IMG/VR virus record: IMGVR_UViG_3300020438_000007
Location: 62,001 to 126,000 of that record
Reading direction: 5' to 3' (one strand)
DNA length: 64,000 nt
Shown piece after piece: positions 29,544-39,266 of the stretch; within the stretch, counting starts at the first letter, position 1; the number at the start of each line of letters is the position of its first letter. Under the pieces are notes generated by a model. That model was not told the DNA's origin. It was given only the letters and a program-made list of their open reading frames with translations, and ran no database searches. Both the position numbers and the translations under genes were made by a program.

Positions 29544-30278
29544 TCAAAGATTTGATAAGAAGTTTTGGAAGATTTCCAACTTCTTCTCGTCAAGTTGACC
29601 TTGATCTACTAGTTTATTTATAGTTTTTTGAGTCTTCTCAATGACTTCCTCCACTGCCCTTTCAGGCTCAGCAACCGCAATCGCAGGGTGAGTCATAGTC
29701 TTTTGTTCTACAACTGCAATCTGTGACTGTTTTGCCTTTAGGATTCCTGCCTCCCAAACCCAATCAACTCCTTCCATGATGCCATTGACGAAAGCGTCAG
29801 GGGCAGAAGGATCTGCTACTATATCAGCAGCAGTGGCAAGCATAAAGTCTTCACCGACAACTTTGTAGCCTTCGCTAGTGTCTTTAAGACTTCCCATACC
29901 TCTTGATGATACTCCAAGAGTAACACCGTCATCTAATAGTGACTGTGCAATCTTACCCATTGGTGTATTGAGGATTTGTGCTTTACCAACAAAATTGGTT
30001 CCTTCTCTATGAAGGTCTACAATCTTGTGGGATACTCTGTCTAAGTTTACAGTAGGACCTTCTGGGTGACCTAACTCACCAAGAGCACGACCTTTGCCAA
30101 CAAACGCTTCGTTATATCTGCTTACCTCTTTTTCAAGAGTTTCTACTGGATAAAAACGTCCGTTTCTGTTCTTAAGGTTTCCTTGTAAAAAGATACCCTC
30201 AATAAACATATTCCTCTTACCGTCTTTTTCTTCGATAAGAACCTTAGCGGTTTCGATCTCTTCTGTGATGAGTTTCAT
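29544..30278 (-). CDS. gp21: Prohead protease gp21
   Basis: KNRNGRFYP, GELGHP, GVSSRGMGS, DIVADPSAPDA. Confidence 0.96.
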   Translation of the reverse strand: MKLITEEIETAKVLIEEKDGKRNMFIEGIFLQGNLKNRNGRFYPVETLEKEVSRYNEAFVGKGRALGELGHPEGPTVNLDRVSHKIVDLHREGTNFVGKAQILNTPMGKIAQSLLDDGVTLGVSSRGMGSLKDTSEGYKVVGEDFMLATAADIVADPSAPDAFVNGIMEGVDWVWEAGILKAKQSQIAVVEQKTMTHPAIAVAEPERAVEEVIEKTQKTINKLVDQGQLDEKKLEIFQNFLSNL

Positions 30279-30279
30279 G

Positions 30280-30582
30280 TTAAGCCTCAGGTTGTTCCTC
30301 TTCTACTGCATCATCAACTGGTTCTGTCTCTGCGACAGGTTCTTCAACTTCTGCTGTATCCTCAACAGAACTGGGTGTGCCAGGAGATTCTTCTTCTTCT
30401 GGCTCTTCCTCAGTGTTTAGATGAGGATTAGGTCCACCAAACATGTCAGCGGTGACTGCTGGTTTCACTATGTCAACGTTCTCTGCTGCCTTAGCATACA
30501 GTAGATCCTTGATCTTGTCATGTATGTCGGTTGCAGATCCGTCTTGGCCTGCAGCGATCATATCAAGTAAATCATTATCCAT
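30280..30582 (-). CDS. Acidic prohead core protein (gp67-like)
   Basis: Very acidic 100-aa ORF between gp20 and gp21. Confidence 0.55.
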   Translation of the reverse strand: MDNDLLDMIAAGQDGSATDIHDKIKDLLYAKAAENVDIVKPAVTADMFGGPNPHLNTEEEPEEEESPGTPSSVEDTAEVEEPVAETEPVDDAVEEEQPEA

Positions 30583-30611
30583 TTATTGTCAATATAGAAT
30601 TAGACTAGTAT

Positions 30612-30619
30612 TATTTATA
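30612..30619 (-). promoter_or_regulatory. T4-type late promoter TATAAATA
   Basis: Exact consensus upstream of the prohead core gene. Confidence 0.75.
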
Positions 30620-32315
30620 TTTCGCCGCCGTTGGGCATCTCAGGAGCTTCTGTGGCACTACCATCTATGCCAGGATCTTCTGGCATTTGACCCATACTAG
30701 GATCAGGATTCATAGCACCGCCAGGCATCTGTTCTGGATGTACACCCATTTCTAGTTGTTGTACTTCCATAGGATCAGCAACTTTGCCATCCTTGATTTC
30801 CTGTGCCATTTGCTTGTCGATCTCGATGATCTCTTCATCCTTTTGCTTGAGAATATGTCTACGAACATAGTCCAGTGAGAAATATTTACCAATGTAAGGA
30901 TCGACAGCAGCGACTACTCCCAATCTTTCATTGATAAGTTCAGTCTCTTTGAGTTCTGCAAAATGGTTATCATATACAAAATCAAATTGTATATGATCTC
31001 CTAGTGTTTCCCAATCTTCTGGGGTGACAATGTTTTTTAGAATCAACTGAGTCTTCAGCATATCTAAGAATAGTCGAGAGAATCTCTTTCTCATTCTACC
31101 AACAAATTTGGTAAACTTGATCTCATCTCTCAGTATCTCAGATGACCTACCTAAGTTAAATCCATCACCTGATCCAGCAATACGAGATTCTGGAACTCCT
31201 AATGATCGATATAGTTTCTTTTGGAAGTATTCGATGTCACTAAGTTCTCCAAGATTTTGTCCACCTGGCAACGTAGTGATTTCAGTGCCTCGTCCACCTT
31301 CTCTTCTGGGTAACCAGAAGTCTTCGAGCATAGACATATGTTTTCTGTCATCTCTAATTTCTCCCGTTGATGCGTCATATACTAGTTTGTTTCTATAACG
31401 GTTCATCACCTCTTTGAGGTATTGTTCCGCTTTCTGTTTTGGTAAATTACCTACATCAATATAAAATATTCTTCTTTCTGGAGCACGACTTAACCTGTAG
31501 ATAACAAGAGCATCCTCAATCATTCTAAGTTGATTGAGTGCCTTGATTGACTTATGTAAGTAAGAAAGAATAGTTTGTTTGTTTCTATCAACTAAACCTG
31601 AGTGACAGAATGTGATAGCATCTGGTGCAATCTTTATTGGTCTCTGTTTAGTAGAGAAGGGAGTTTGACCTATACCACCTAGAGCATTTTTACTGTTAGT
31701 CGCACTAGGATCATATTGATAGTACTCTTCTATCTCTGGACTTTCTAGATCAGATGGATTATTTGCATTAACTTGTCTGATTGCTTGATTCAAAGTAGGA
31801 TCAGACTTTAATTTTCTTACTAACTTAATTTTAAGTGGATCAATATATCTAACTTCCTTAAGTCCTTCTTCTGGTTTCTTGATATCAATTACCTTATGGT
31901 AATATATTCTACCATCAACATACCAGTTTCTTAGAATCTCATGGCACTTAGTATCAAAGTTCATGACTTCCTTTACTGTCTTGAACTCATCTCTAATCAA
32001 TTCTTTAAGCTTCGCAGATGCTGGAAGATTCTCCAAATCGATTTCGACTGGAGAATCATTCTGATCTGAAACTATTGCTTCATTTATAATATCTTCAATG
32101 GCACTGTCCACTTCTGGATGAAGTGCCATCTCACGATATCTTTTTATTAACTCAAACTCTGACTTGAATACACCGTCAATGTCAACGTACTGCCCATAAA
32201 ATCCGCTAGAGACATAATAGTCTGACGAATCCTCGTTAGATTGGGGTACAGGAGAGACAACGTTCTTTTTTTGTTCGTCATCCTTCTGGATTTTAAATCC
32301 AAATAATTTAGCCAT
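30615..32315 (-). CDS. gp20: Portal protein gp20
   Basis: YREMALHPEVDSAI, WYVDGRIYY, YRLSRAPERRIFYIDVGNLP, EDFWLPRREGGRGTEI. Confidence 0.98.
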   Translation of the reverse strand: MAKLFGFKIQKDDEQKKNVVSPVPQSNEDSSDYYVSSGFYGQYVDIDGVFKSEFELIKRYREMALHPEVDSAIEDIINEAIVSDQNDSPVEIDLENLPASAKLKELIRDEFKTVKEVMNFDTKCHEILRNWYVDGRIYYHKVIDIKKPEEGLKEVRYIDPLKIKLVRKLKSDPTLNQAIRQVNANNPSDLESPEIEEYYQYDPSATNSKNALGGIGQTPFSTKQRPIKIAPDAITFCHSGLVDRNKQTILSYLHKSIKALNQLRMIEDALVIYRLSRAPERRIFYIDVGNLPKQKAEQYLKEVMNRYRNKLVYDASTGEIRDDRKHMSMLEDFWLPRREGGRGTEITTLPGGQNLGELSDIEYFQKKLYRSLGVPESRIAGSGDGFNLGRSSEILRDEIKFTKFVGRMRKRFSRLFLDMLKTQLILKNIVTPEDWETLGDHIQFDFVYDNHFAELKETELINERLGVVAAVDPYIGKYFSLDYVRRHILKQKDEEIIEIDKQMAQEIKDGKVADPMEVQQLEMGVHPEQMPGGAMNPDPSMGQMPEDPGIDGSATEAPEMPNGGEI

Positions 32316-32341
32316 TAACTCACTACTGGGCTGTTCCTAGT

Positions 32342-32349
32342 TATTTATA
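32342..32349 (-). promoter_or_regulatory. T4-type late promoter TATAAATA
   Basis: Exact consensus 27 nt upstream of gp20. Confidence 0.8.
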
Positions 32350-32377
32350 AGTCTTTCTTGAGACTGTAAATAGGAAC

Positions 32378-33052
32378 CTACTCATCTACTCCTATGTTTC
32401 CTGCTCCGCCTGTTCCACTACCAGACGAATCTTTTGTACCAAAGACGTTACCGCCATCACCGTTAAATACATCCCACCACTGAACTTGTAGGTCCACTGT
32501 GAACTCTTCAATAGAATCTGTTTGATCGTATGAAAGTTCAATCGCACTTACATTAGTTGGGAATGTTCCGTGGAATTTGTATGATCTAAGAATTGGTAAC
32601 GGTTGATCTGTAGGATCAAGTTTTCCTACACTTCCAAGGGGTGATCTACCGATTTGATCAACATACATATCAGTCTGATAATCGCCTGGTGTTACTTCTC
32701 CAGTTGCGTTATCATGTTTGTTGATAGCGTTCATCCATCTTTCAAAAGCATTTCTGATTTGGAAATCAGTATCGTTGATGATTGTGATTGTCCAAACATC
32801 GAATGTTCTATCACCAGCAATCTTTAAGTTCCTTCCTCTGAAAGGAACGTCAATTACATTGATGTTGGATGCTGGGAGATTCGCGGCCTTGACCATGAAT
32901 CTAGCCTTTTCTGTTGCACTGTCTTCGTTTAGTGCGCCAGGGAAAGCTAATCTAACCTCGAACAGATTGGGGCGAGCACCACCACCAACGAGCTTTGATT
33001 TAAAGTCGTCGATGGTTCTGGATTCTAACTTTGGATTATTTTTATTAGGCAT
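32378..33052 (-). CDS. gp19: Tail tube protein gp19
   Basis: GGARPNLFEV, VPFRGRNLKIAGDRTF, IEEFTV. Confidence 0.95.
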   Translation of the reverse strand: MPNKNNPKLESRTIDDFKSKLVGGGARPNLFEVRLAFPGALNEDSATEKARFMVKAANLPASNINVIDVPFRGRNLKIAGDRTFDVWTITIINDTDFQIRNAFERWMNAINKHDNATGEVTPGDYQTDMYVDQIGRSPLGSVGKLDPTDQPLPILRSYKFHGTFPTNVSAIELSYDQTDSIEEFTVDLQVQWWDVFNGDGGNVFGTKDSSGSGTGGAGNIGVDE

Positions 33053-33099
33053 GAGATTTTGAGACCTCTTCGTGTGTATTTAGTAAAGGGTTGAGTTAA

Positions 33100-35520
33100 T
33101 TAGGCGGAACCGACCACTTCATCGAAGCTGATTCCAGTTCTAGTTGCAACAAAGGTTAGACCAATGAAGTTGATAGAACGTGCAGGCTTCACAAAGATGT
33201 CTGCCTTAAAGGTATTCGAGTCAATAACATCGGGAGTGTTATTACTTTCATCGCAAATTACAACGAAGTCACTAACACCTCTCTTAGCTTTTACATCACG
33301 AAGATATGGTTCAACAATATTCAAGAAGTTTGTTCTTGTAAGATCATCATTGAACTCGAACAACTGCGATCTTGCAGCTCTTTCGATAACACCTTCGATT
33401 GTCAAGAACAAACGACGAACGTTGATTCTGTCAAAAGCAGATGCTTCTTTCTGTGCAGTCTTATCACCGAATAAGACAATACCAGAGCCAGGAGAGAAGA
33501 TAACAGGGTTAATTCTCTTAGGATAAAGAGCGTCTCTCTGTGCTTGAGATGGGTTGTATGCAAGTTTAATTGCATTGTTGATTGTTCCTCTAGTTGCACC
33601 AGCGGGTGAGAACCAAGGGAATGAGTTGATGGAAGTTCTTGCCATCAATCCAGCGATGTCACCATTCAGAGGAATATATCTGAATGTGTTATTGAATCTG
33701 TCAAATGTATACTTGTAACCAGAATCAAATACACCGTAAGATGTTGAAGTTAAACTATCGTAGAACTGAATGATACTTGCAGTTTGTTGGTCAGTGTCAG
33801 TTTTACCAATAACACCGTCTCTATAAGGTGAGATACATGCAACACAATCTTTTCTAGTAGATGCGATAGATAACAATTTGTTTGCCTTAGCTTGTGCCTC
33901 GTAAATGGATGCACCATTTGAAGGACCTTGGATAAGGAAGTTAACTGAATATTCAGCAGGGTTATCAAGAACCTGATAGGAACTAATAACTTCACCCAAT
34001 GTACAATTATATCTGTCAATTGCACCGTAATCCATTCCACTAGCAAGGGAGAATGTGTTAGGACCTGAACCGTTAAAGGTAACTCCTTGACTTTTTTGTC
34101 CCCAAACACCAGTTGAATCTACTGTGTATCCACCCAGTGATGTATGCTTCAGACCAAGGCCTGGTTGAGCAACACCAGCAAAGATTTGATTAGAGAACTG
34201 TGCAAGGTAATCTTTGTAGAAGATGTTAGTAGAAGGAGAAATCTGAGCATCAGTAGCCTTAGATAATCCAGTCCACTTCTCTACAATGTTACCAGAAGTA
34301 CCAGTTACTTTACCTGTGTCGTCAACAACGACAACATGCACTTCGTCATGTTTAGAACTTCTTTCCTTAGCATATTCAGAAGTTGTAGGTCTAGAAGCAA
34401 TCTGACTCCAACGAATAGATTGGTTTGTAAGTCCAAGAGTCTGTTGGTTATACCAATCAACAACAGTGTTACCTTCTCTGAGATAGATACCACTCTCGAT
34501 ACCAGACATTACTTGGAATGATGTGTTCGCAAATGCAACAGTTGCCGCAGTGTCCATGATGACAACTGGAGAACCACCAGTGGTTGCATAGGAAACAATA
34601 GTACCAGAGTAAGTTCCGTTAAGAGATCTGATTGTGTCGCCAGGTGCAGTCTTGAGTGTGTTTAGATCTGTTCCAAATACGATCTCTGTAGAACCAATAC
34701 CGACCGCGGCATTGAACTGAGTTCTTTCAATTTGAACAGAGTTACCAGAAGCGTTAAAGATCTTAAGCTTGTTTGCATGGTTTACTGTGTAATCGTTACC
34801 ATCATTTGCGTCAAAGATTGTCTGACTATATCCTTGGAAAGAATTAATTTCTGATCCTTCCTCGTAGTCTGTAGAAGTCCAGACATCATTAGTTACGTCG
34901 TGTTTTGAAACAACTTTAACATCAACGAAACCAGCACCGATTCCAGTAAGAATACCTTTTAAGTAACCTGTTTGAACACCAACTGTTCCATCTGTATTTG
35001 CGACTTGAGCTGAGAACCCAGCGGTAAGAGCGAATCCAACGGATAATCCTTCTGTTCCGATTGCAACTCTTTGGTCAGCCTGTGCGTCGATGGTACAGAT
35101 CTTAAGATCATTTGCCCAAGAGCCAGGTGATCTTGCAGCGTAATGCCAAGATGTGGGTGACGTATGATTGTTGTAATAGTCTTCCTGTGAATTAACTTGT
35201 AAGTTAGTAACCGCAGCACCAACAGGTACGTTAGCGTTAGAAAGAAATGTGTTGCTGCTTCTTAGCACTCTAAGAACACCACCATATGAAAGGTAGGCGG
35301 ATGCAGTCATCCAGTACTCGTATTGAGCATCGGCAGAATAGGGTTTACCAAACGTCTTAAGTAAGTCGGCTTCAGTCTCGATCAATACTGGTGTATTGAC
35401 AGGTCCTTTTGCGAAAGGTCCCGCGATAGCACCTACTTGATCAGCAATGCCGTCAATTCTTCCAACGGTTAAGTCAACCTCTCTTACCTTAACGCCTGGA
35501 GATACTAGATTAAGCGCCAT
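33100..35520 (-). CDS. gp18: Tail sheath protein gp18
   Basis: VSPGVKVREVD, PWFSPAG, FDRINVRRLF, IFVKPARSINFI. Confidence 0.97.
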   Translation of the reverse strand: MALNLVSPGVKVREVDLTVGRIDGIADQVGAIAGPFAKGPVNTPVLIETEADLLKTFGKPYSADAQYEYWMTASAYLSYGGVLRVLRSSNTFLSNANVPVGAAVTNLQVNSQEDYYNNHTSPTSWHYAARSPGSWANDLKICTIDAQADQRVAIGTEGLSVGFALTAGFSAQVANTDGTVGVQTGYLKGILTGIGAGFVDVKVVSKHDVTNDVWTSTDYEEGSEINSFQGYSQTIFDANDGNDYTVNHANKLKIFNASGNSVQIERTQFNAAVGIGSTEIVFGTDLNTLKTAPGDTIRSLNGTYSGTIVSYATTGGSPVVIMDTAATVAFANTSFQVMSGIESGIYLREGNTVVDWYNQQTLGLTNQSIRWSQIASRPTTSEYAKERSSKHDEVHVVVVDDTGKVTGTSGNIVEKWTGLSKATDAQISPSTNIFYKDYLAQFSNQIFAGVAQPGLGLKHTSLGGYTVDSTGVWGQKSQGVTFNGSGPNTFSLASGMDYGAIDRYNCTLGEVISSYQVLDNPAEYSVNFLIQGPSNGASIYEAQAKANKLLSIASTRKDCVACISPYRDGVIGKTDTDQQTASIIQFYDSLTSTSYGVFDSGYKYTFDRFNNTFRYIPLNGDIAGLMARTSINSFPWFSPAGATRGTINNAIKLAYNPSQAQRDALYPKRINPVIFSPGSGIVLFGDKTAQKEASAFDRINVRRLFLTIEGVIERAARSQLFEFNDDLTRTNFLNIVEPYLRDVKAKRGVSDFVVICDESNNTPDVIDSNTFKADIFVKPARSINFIGLTFVATRTGISFDEVVGSA

Positions 35521-35606
35521 TTTTGTATTCCTCTTGGATCTCAGTTGTTTATCTGTTATTATTTAGAAAAATGACCTTTTCTGTGGGGAAATCGTACATG
35601 AACCCT

Positions 35607-35816
35607 CTACCAGTCAGGATAAACATCTAGTCGTTCTTTCTTTCTTTTCTTCTTTACTCTATCGATAGTACAGGATTTACACTCATATGAGTATGATGAT
35701 GGCAATACCCCTCGACTCTTTCTAGTCAAGTAAAATCCTTCTGTCAGGGGATATGTCCTATTACAAACCCTACACTTTCTCTCATGTAAAAATAAAATAG
35801 GATCATCTAAGTCCAT
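35607..35816 (-). CDS. Small Zn-finger-like protein
   Basis: CRVC...CKSC; probable start MDLDD overlapping the gp17 stop. Confidence 0.65.
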   Translation of the reverse strand: MDLDDPILFLHERKCRVCNRTYPLTEGFYLTRKSRGVLPSSYSYECKSCTIDRVKKKRKKERLDVYPDW

Positions 35817-37474
35817 CAGAGGTAATCCCACATGAATGATCTATCACCATATTCGTCTACATTCCATCTAGTTCCTTGTTCATCTACAAATGAAGTTTCC
35901 TCAGATATACCGTCATTAAGAAATCCAAATGGTGCCATGTCTGATTCTATCTGATCTCTTTGATCATCATAGACTCTCTTCCGTATATCATCATCTGTCA
36001 TTTCTTTGAAATAATCTTGCATCACTAACCATGCAAATATCACCAGACACATAGCAAGGTCATCGTTACATCCTTCTTCTGCCTCAAATGAATTTGCTTT
36101 TTCAATAAAAGTTGTAAGTTCTGCAATGATATTGTAATCATTGATAAGTAATTTATCGGATTCAATAAGTGTCTTTAGGTTCAAAGAGCCAATTTTCTTT
36201 ACAGTCTTGGACATCTTAACTCCTAGTTGTACCTTACTTCCAGAGAATCCTTGTCCCAATACTTGTCCAGCTCTACCTCTTACCGCAGTCATCAGAACGT
36301 TTTCATATTCCAAGTCATAAAATAGTATAGATGCAATTTGATCTCCTATATCATTTACCTCACATAGGATGAAAGCATTATTGTATGCCGTAGCAAATTC
36401 TTTAATGACTGTTGGAAATAACATTGGTTTTATAGTGTTATTTCTATACTTTGCAACTACTTTGTATGGAAATGTAGTAGTGTCGAATACAATAAAAGCA
36501 GAGTAATCTTTCTCTACACCCCTTGCAACGTCTACCGTAATTGAATAATTGTGTTTATCTATTGGGTTTTCGTATATCTCCCCACCTCTCTTTCCAGTAT
36601 TGATTGGTTCATCATATATCATAGACTTCAACTTGGCAGGAGCAATCAATGTATCAACAGATCCTAAGAACTCACACTCAAACTCAACACGAAACTGTGA
36701 TTCTGATGTGTTCTTGATCGTCTGTTCTTTCCATGCTTCATCTCTGCCTGGCACTTCTGACCAGTGAACGTCTGTGGTGACGTACTCGTTCCTACCCAGT
36801 TCTGCATCATGCCACAGTCGGTAAAAGTGATTCATACCACGAGGGGTAGAAACAATAATTACCTTAGTAGACTTACCAGAACTAATAGTAGGATATACAC
36901 TACTAAAGAAATCATCTGCTAAATGGTTTGCAACGAACGCAAATTCGTCTAAGAATATAATGTTGAATGACATACCTCGAACAGCTGATGCAGAGGTAGA
37001 TGCGGCAATGATCTTGGATTTATTTTCCAATTCCATTGATCCTTTGTTCCATGCAATGATACCCTGTTGCATCCACTTGGGTAAGTTCTCGTATGCAATC
37101 TGCAATCTACCAAGTAAATCTCGTGCAGTCGCTGCCTTGTTTGCAAGGATACCTATTGTGACACTATCGTTGAAGATGGCGTAGTGTAAAAGATAAGATA
37201 CCACAGTAGTTGACTTACCTGACTGTCGAGGCATCTTACAGATATTAAATCTGTTATTATGAAAATTATTAACTAACTTCTCTTGGAAGTCATACATCTT
37301 GAATGGTACTAGACCTTCATCCAAGTTAATGATCTGTACATACTTCTGTGCAAAATACACAGGATCTTGAGCACACTTTAAAAACTCAGATACTTGTTTC
37401 TTAGTAAAGTTCTGAGCAACGTTTGCTTTTTTTAGATTAGGATTTCCAAGGTATTGTGCATTATCAACTGGCAT
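35816..37474 (-). CDS. gp17: Terminase large subunit gp17
   Basis: PRQSGKST, LDEFAF, STPRG, DVARG, NDDLAM. Confidence 0.98.
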   Translation of the reverse strand: MPVDNAQYLGNPNLKKANVAQNFTKKQVSEFLKCAQDPVYFAQKYVQIINLDEGLVPFKMYDFQEKLVNNFHNNRFNICKMPRQSGKSTTVVSYLLHYAIFNDSVTIGILANKAATARDLLGRLQIAYENLPKWMQQGIIAWNKGSMELENKSKIIAASTSASAVRGMSFNIIFLDEFAFVANHLADDFFSSVYPTISSGKSTKVIIVSTPRGMNHFYRLWHDAELGRNEYVTTDVHWSEVPGRDEAWKEQTIKNTSESQFRVEFECEFLGSVDTLIAPAKLKSMIYDEPINTGKRGGEIYENPIDKHNYSITVDVARGVEKDYSAFIVFDTTTFPYKVVAKYRNNTIKPMLFPTVIKEFATAYNNAFILCEVNDIGDQIASILFYDLEYENVLMTAVRGRAGQVLGQGFSGSKVQLGVKMSKTVKKIGSLNLKTLIESDKLLINDYNIIAELTTFIEKANSFEAEEGCNDDLAMCLVIFAWLVMQDYFKEMTDDDIRKRVYDDQRDQIESDMAPFGFLNDGISEETSFVDEQGTRWNVDEYGDRSFMWDYL

Positions 37475-37477
37475 GAT

Positions 37478-37729
37478 TTAAGAGTCAATTACTAATAGTG
37501 GTTTCGTAGGGTCTTTATCACTGGCATCAAAGTATAAAACTTTACTGCTTGGATATACTTTGTTCAGTTCATACTGAACATTCTTTTTCAAAGGTCTTGC
37601 TCTTTGAGGAAAGAACATCTGAATAAACTTAGTTTGGCCTCTGAACTGAAAAGTAATAGTATAGGTTGCCCCATACTTATTCAATCTCTGCCAGTTACCT
37701 TCTTCGCTGATTGATTTGAAACTTTTCAT
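37478..37729 (-). CDS. Conserved hypothetical protein
   Basis: 83-aa ORF between gp16 and gp17. Confidence 0.6.
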   Translation of the reverse strand: MKSFKSISEEGNWQRLNKYGATYTITFQFRGQTKFIQMFFPQRARPLKKNVQYELNKVYPSSKVLYFDASDKDPTKPLLVIDS

Positions 37730-38163
37730 TGGTTTTCCTTTTTCATTTGTTTCAACATTTTTTGTAAGTCAGCAGTGCTTCCTACAAATAAAGAGTTGTT
37801 AGTTACATTAGTGGTGTTCTTGTCTTTAACTTCATCGATATCCTTCATTTTTTTCTGGAGATCAATTAGTTTGTCTGCCGTGTCTGCAACGTGTTTGATA
37901 AGTTGACCAGCAACTTCATATGCCCTTGCGGAATCAGACTGTTGTGCCACATCTAATGCACCGTCTACTGCTTCTTGTCCTTTCTCTACTAAAGAATATA
38001 ACTGAGCTCTACTGTATTTGTAGTCCTTCTCTACGTCTTCTTGATCAGACTTGAGGTGTTTAGGACTAGTTCTTGTAGGTTTGGCAATAGGTTCTTTCTG
38101 TATTATTTCAGAAGAAACCTCTAGTGCCTCATCTATAGAGTCAAAGTTTTCATCTTCAATCAT
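37726..38163 (-). CDS. gp16: Terminase small subunit gp16
   Basis: DYKYSRAQL, ARAYEVAGQLIK, NNSLFVGSTADLQKML. Confidence 0.93.
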   Translation of the reverse strand: MIEDENFDSIDEALEVSSEIIQKEPIAKPTRTSPKHLKSDQEDVEKDYKYSRAQLYSLVEKGQEAVDGALDVAQQSDSARAYEVAGQLIKHVADTADKLIDLQKKMKDIDEVKDKNTTNVTNNSLFVGSTADLQKMLKQMKKENQ

Positions 38164-39242
38164 AGTTCAACATCCCTGTTTTGGGTTTCAGAATATACGG
38201 TTCCGTCTGATTTGAAATCTGTGACACTTTCACCGAATCCAAAATCATCACCAAACTCAATTACATTATCGATGACCTTAGTATCATCTTGTGCATTGAT
38301 AGCATTAATAGAAATATTTATGTCATGAGATACAATTTCACTATTGTACTCACCTCTTCTAACTGTTAATCTATTGCCTGACACACCTCTAATCAACATC
38401 TTCTCGTCATCGATTTGAATGTAATTACCTTTACTGAAAAGAGTTGCATCGTTGACATCAAATGCGGTCACTACAGTATCGATAACCTCATTCGTTCTAG
38501 CGGTATCATCTTTATCATAATCTTTGACTGCAATAGGAACAGCAGTATATCTCTGTTGTCTTGTTGCAATCTTGATGTTTTGTGTATCTGAATAGTAATC
38601 TGTCTGTACCTTCCTGATAAGTCCGTCACTACTATTGTTAACAGGCCCGAATAGATATGTCTTACAAACAAATGACAATGTATATACTAATGCTCTTCTG
38701 GTAAGAAAGTCATCTTCATAATTATCTTCCATCTGGATTCCCTCCAGAGTGATAGGCATATCTCTTTTCTCTCCAATGATATCTACCAAATCAATCGTAA
38801 GATTAAATGCTGGTTGGAAGTAAGGAAGTATCTGTTCTAAAATCTGTATCGCATCCTCATTTAATTTTGCAAGGATACTGAGTTGCATATTAATATTGTA
38901 AGGAACTGGCATGAATGACTTAACCAGTTTCTTCGTATCTTTATTGACCGACTTGAAAGATTGCATGGTAGATACCTTTCGTGTCGCATCATAATTCATA
39001 CCAACAACTTCAAAAGACATCCTCGGTAGAGTAAGTGTCGTACCGACACCATCCTGATAATCTCTACCTTGATTCACTCTAGCTAAGAATTTCTGCTGAG
39101 GTCCATATGATACTGGCACCTTCAACACACTGACTGTCTTTCCTGACTTGTCGGTATGTTGTATTTCTATATTATTAAAGAGTGTTCCGAAAGACACGAT
39201 TGTCTTCCGAATAATCTCATGATAGAAGTGATTCGTTAACAT
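38160..39242 (-). CDS. gp15: Tail sheath stabilizer gp15
   Basis: FYHEIIRK, VPVSYGP, LPRMSFE, QILEQILPYFQP. Confidence 0.93.
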   Translation of the reverse strand: MLTNHFYHEIIRKTIVSFGTLFNNIEIQHTDKSGKTVSVLKVPVSYGPQQKFLARVNQGRDYQDGVGTTLTLPRMSFEVVGMNYDATRKVSTMQSFKSVNKDTKKLVKSFMPVPYNINMQLSILAKLNEDAIQILEQILPYFQPAFNLTIDLVDIIGEKRDMPITLEGIQMEDNYEDDFLTRRALVYTLSFVCKTYLFGPVNNSSDGLIRKVQTDYYSDTQNIKIATRQQRYTAVPIAVKDYDKDDTARTNEVIDTVVTAFDVNDATLFSKGNYIQIDDEKMLIRGVSGNRLTVRRGEYNSEIVSHDINISINAINAQDDTKVIDNVIEFGDDFGFGESVTDFKSDGTVYSETQNRDVEL

Positions 39243-39266
39243 AATATTAGCACTTTATGAAACTAT